Sequence record: CM069218.1
Reading direction: 5' to 3' (one strand)
Length of the DNA stretch: 32,000 nucleotides
This document shows, piece by piece, positions 30,928 through 32,000 of the stretch. Under the pieces are notes generated by a model that ran no database searches, was not told the DNA's origin, and saw only the letters and a program-made list of their open reading frames with translations. Each line of letters begins with the position of its first letter. Within the stretch, counting starts at the first letter, position 1. Position numbers and translations under genes: made by a program.

Positions 30928-31000
30928 GAGGCTATAGCTCAATTGGTAGAGCGTACTGCTCATAACAGTAATTATAAGTGTTCAAGTCACTTTAGCCTTA
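30928..31000 (+). tRNA. trnM: tRNA-Met (anticodon CAU), copy 1
   Basis: The acceptor is GAGGCTA/TAGCCTT. The D arm is GCTC-AATTGGTA-GAGC. The anticodon stem is TACTG/CAGTA with loop CTCATAA. The T arm is AAGTG-TTCAAGT-CACTT. Confidence 0.85.
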
Positions 31001-31014
31001 TGGCTGTATATTCA

Positions 31015-31074
31015 GCTGCAGACGACTTCGTCGTGCGCTTTAACTTTTAAGTGTATGACGAAGTCGTCTGCAGC
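31015..31074 (+). repeat. 18-bp perfect inverted repeat (hairpin with 24-nt loop) containing CTGCAG
   Basis: GCTGCAGACGACTTCGTC (31015-31032) is the exact reverse complement of GACGAAGTCGTCTGCAGC (31057-31074). Confidence 0.95.
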
Positions 31075-31089
31075 AAAAGTTTTTAATAA

Positions 31090-31160
31090 TGCGGGTTGGT
31101 GTAATAGAAACATTTTTGGCTCATGCCCAAAAGACAAGGGTGCAAATCCTTTATCCGCAT
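31090..31160 (+). tRNA. trnM: tRNA-Met (anticodon CAU), copy 2
   Basis: The acceptor is TGCGGGT/ATCCGCA. The anticodon stem is TTTGG/CCAAA with loop CTCATGC. The T arm is AAGGG-TGCAAAT-CCTTT. Confidence 0.75.
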
Positions 31161-31243
31161 CTGTATATAGATATAGATTTCAGGCTGGCTTGGCGGCTAC
31201 GCCACAGGAAGTATGCGGCGCTATATATATCGCTATATATAGC

Positions 31244-31271
31244 GGCGCAAGCTCCTCCTCGAGCTTGCGCC
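31244..31271 (+). repeat. head-to-head pair of GCGCAAGCTC elements forming an 11-bp hairpin
   Basis: The sequence is GGCGCAAGCTC-CTCCTC-GAGCTTGCGCC. Confidence 0.9.
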
Positions 31272-31404
31272 CTCCTCCTTTAATATGTAATATGAGCATG
31301 CGCTTTAGACTGGTGCGACATATAGCGCTGGGCACACAAGCTTCCTGACGAAGTATGTCGGGCGCCATAAAATGTAAGGCTGCTCTTATTTATATCTTTA
31401 TTAT

Positions 31405-31486
31405 ATCCGAGTGCTGGAATGGTAGACAGTGCAAGCTTAAGTTTTGCTGGTTAATAGCCGTGAACGTTCAAGTCGTTCCTCGGATA
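31405..31486 (+). tRNA. trnL: tRNA-Leu (anticodon UAA), class II
   Basis: The acceptor is ATCCGAG/CTCGGAT and the anticodon loop is CTTAAGT. It has a long variable arm and the T loop is GTTCAAGTC. Confidence 0.85.
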
Positions 31487-31598
31487 TTATATAGTTCTGG
31501 GTGCTATATATAGCGCAAGCTCCTCCTCCTCCTCAGGGTTGAGATGTTGCTACTTGCGCTAAATATTTTAAGCGTACGGCGAAGTCGTCTGCACATAA

Positions 31599-31671
31599 GG
31601 GGATATAGTCTAATTTGGTAAAACGCTGACTTTGCACGTCGGATTTTCAGGTTCAATTCCTGATTTCTCCA
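31599..31671 (+). tRNA. trnA: tRNA-Ala (anticodon UGC)
   Basis: The acceptor is GGGGATA/TTTCTCC (imperfect). The anticodon stem is CTGAC/GTCGG with loop TTTGCAC. The T arm is TCAGG-TTCAATT-CCTGA. Confidence 0.75.
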
Positions 31672-31674
31672 TAA

Positions 31675-31747
31675 GCCTGAGAAGCTCAATTGGTAGAGCA
31701 GAGCATTGAAGCTGCTTTGGTTGTAAGTTCAAGTCTTACCTTAGGCA
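31675..31747 (+). tRNA. trnF: tRNA-Phe (anticodon GAA)
   Basis: The acceptor is GCCTGAG/CTTAGGC. The D arm is GCTC-AATTGGTA-GAGC. The anticodon stem is GAGCA/TGCTT with loop TTGAAGC. The T arm is GTAAG-TTCAAGT-CTTAC. Confidence 0.85.
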
Positions 31748-31756
31748 TAAAATATA

Positions 31757-31840
31757 ATGGATGTGCTGGAAATGGTAGACAGGAGCCGCTTAGGACGGTT
31801 TGGTTTAACGACTGTACAAGTTCAAATCTTGTCATCTATA
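31757..31840 (+). tRNA. trnL: tRNA-Leu (anticodon UAG), class II
   Basis: The acceptor is ATGGATG/CATCTAT. The anticodon stem is AGCCG/CGGTT with loop CTTAGGA. It has a long variable arm and the T loop is GTTCAAATC. Confidence 0.85.
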
Positions 31841-31898
31841 TTTTATAATATATAGAAAATTTAGGCTGCAGCTACTAAAGCTAAAGCTCTTTATTGAG

Positions 31899-31971
31899 TA
31901 TGTTGTGGACTAATGGGTAAGTCATAAATTTTTGGTATTTACAATTGAGTGTTCGAATCACTCCAACATAA
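31899..31971 (+). tRNA. trnQ: tRNA-Gln (anticodon UUG)
   Basis: The acceptor is TATGTTG/CAACATA. The anticodon stem is TAAAT/ATTTA with loop TTTTGGT. The T arm is GAGTG-TTCGAAT-CACTC. Confidence 0.85.
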
Positions 31972-32000
31972 TTTTTTTCTATCCGAGCTTGCGTCCTGGC

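Noticed and set aside
31055-31689. Track ORFs 31055-31348, 31089-31283, 31180-31368 (-) and 31504-31689 (-).
   Set aside because: They overlap well-folding tRNA genes (trnM, trnA, trnF) and GC repeat spacers, so they are artefacts of locally reduced stop-codon density.

Overview
This window is a strongly AT-rich fungal mitochondrial genome segment of the filamentous-ascomycete, Sordariomycete-like type. It must be read with translation table 4: TGA falls at conserved Trp positions in nad5, cox2, nad4 and nad1, so many ORFs in the supplied standard-code track are fragments of longer genes. Every supported gene lies on the + strand. The gene order is nad4L (last exon only), nad5, two orphan ORFs, cox2, nad4, atp8, nad1, trnI-trnS-trnP, rnl with rps3 inside an intron, then trnT-E-M-M-L-A-F-L-Q. 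The window holds nine complete introns: nad5 has three group I and one group II, cox2 has one, nad1 has one, and rnl has three. They carry LAGLIDADG, GIY-YIG and reverse-transcriptase/maturase ORFs in varying states of decay. Exon junctions were placed by reading-frame continuity, conserved protein or rRNA sequence, and the group I rule (U before the 5' splice site, G at the intron 3' end); they are good to a few nucleotides. The most unusual content is a set of short GC-rich hairpin repeat families. They fill spacers, flank tRNAs, sit in introns and rRNA variable regions, and are inserted in-frame into protein ORFs including rps3. Frame disruptions also recur at homopolymer runs, one of them in the essential rps3 gene. 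No CRISPR arrays or prokaryotic-type operons are present.
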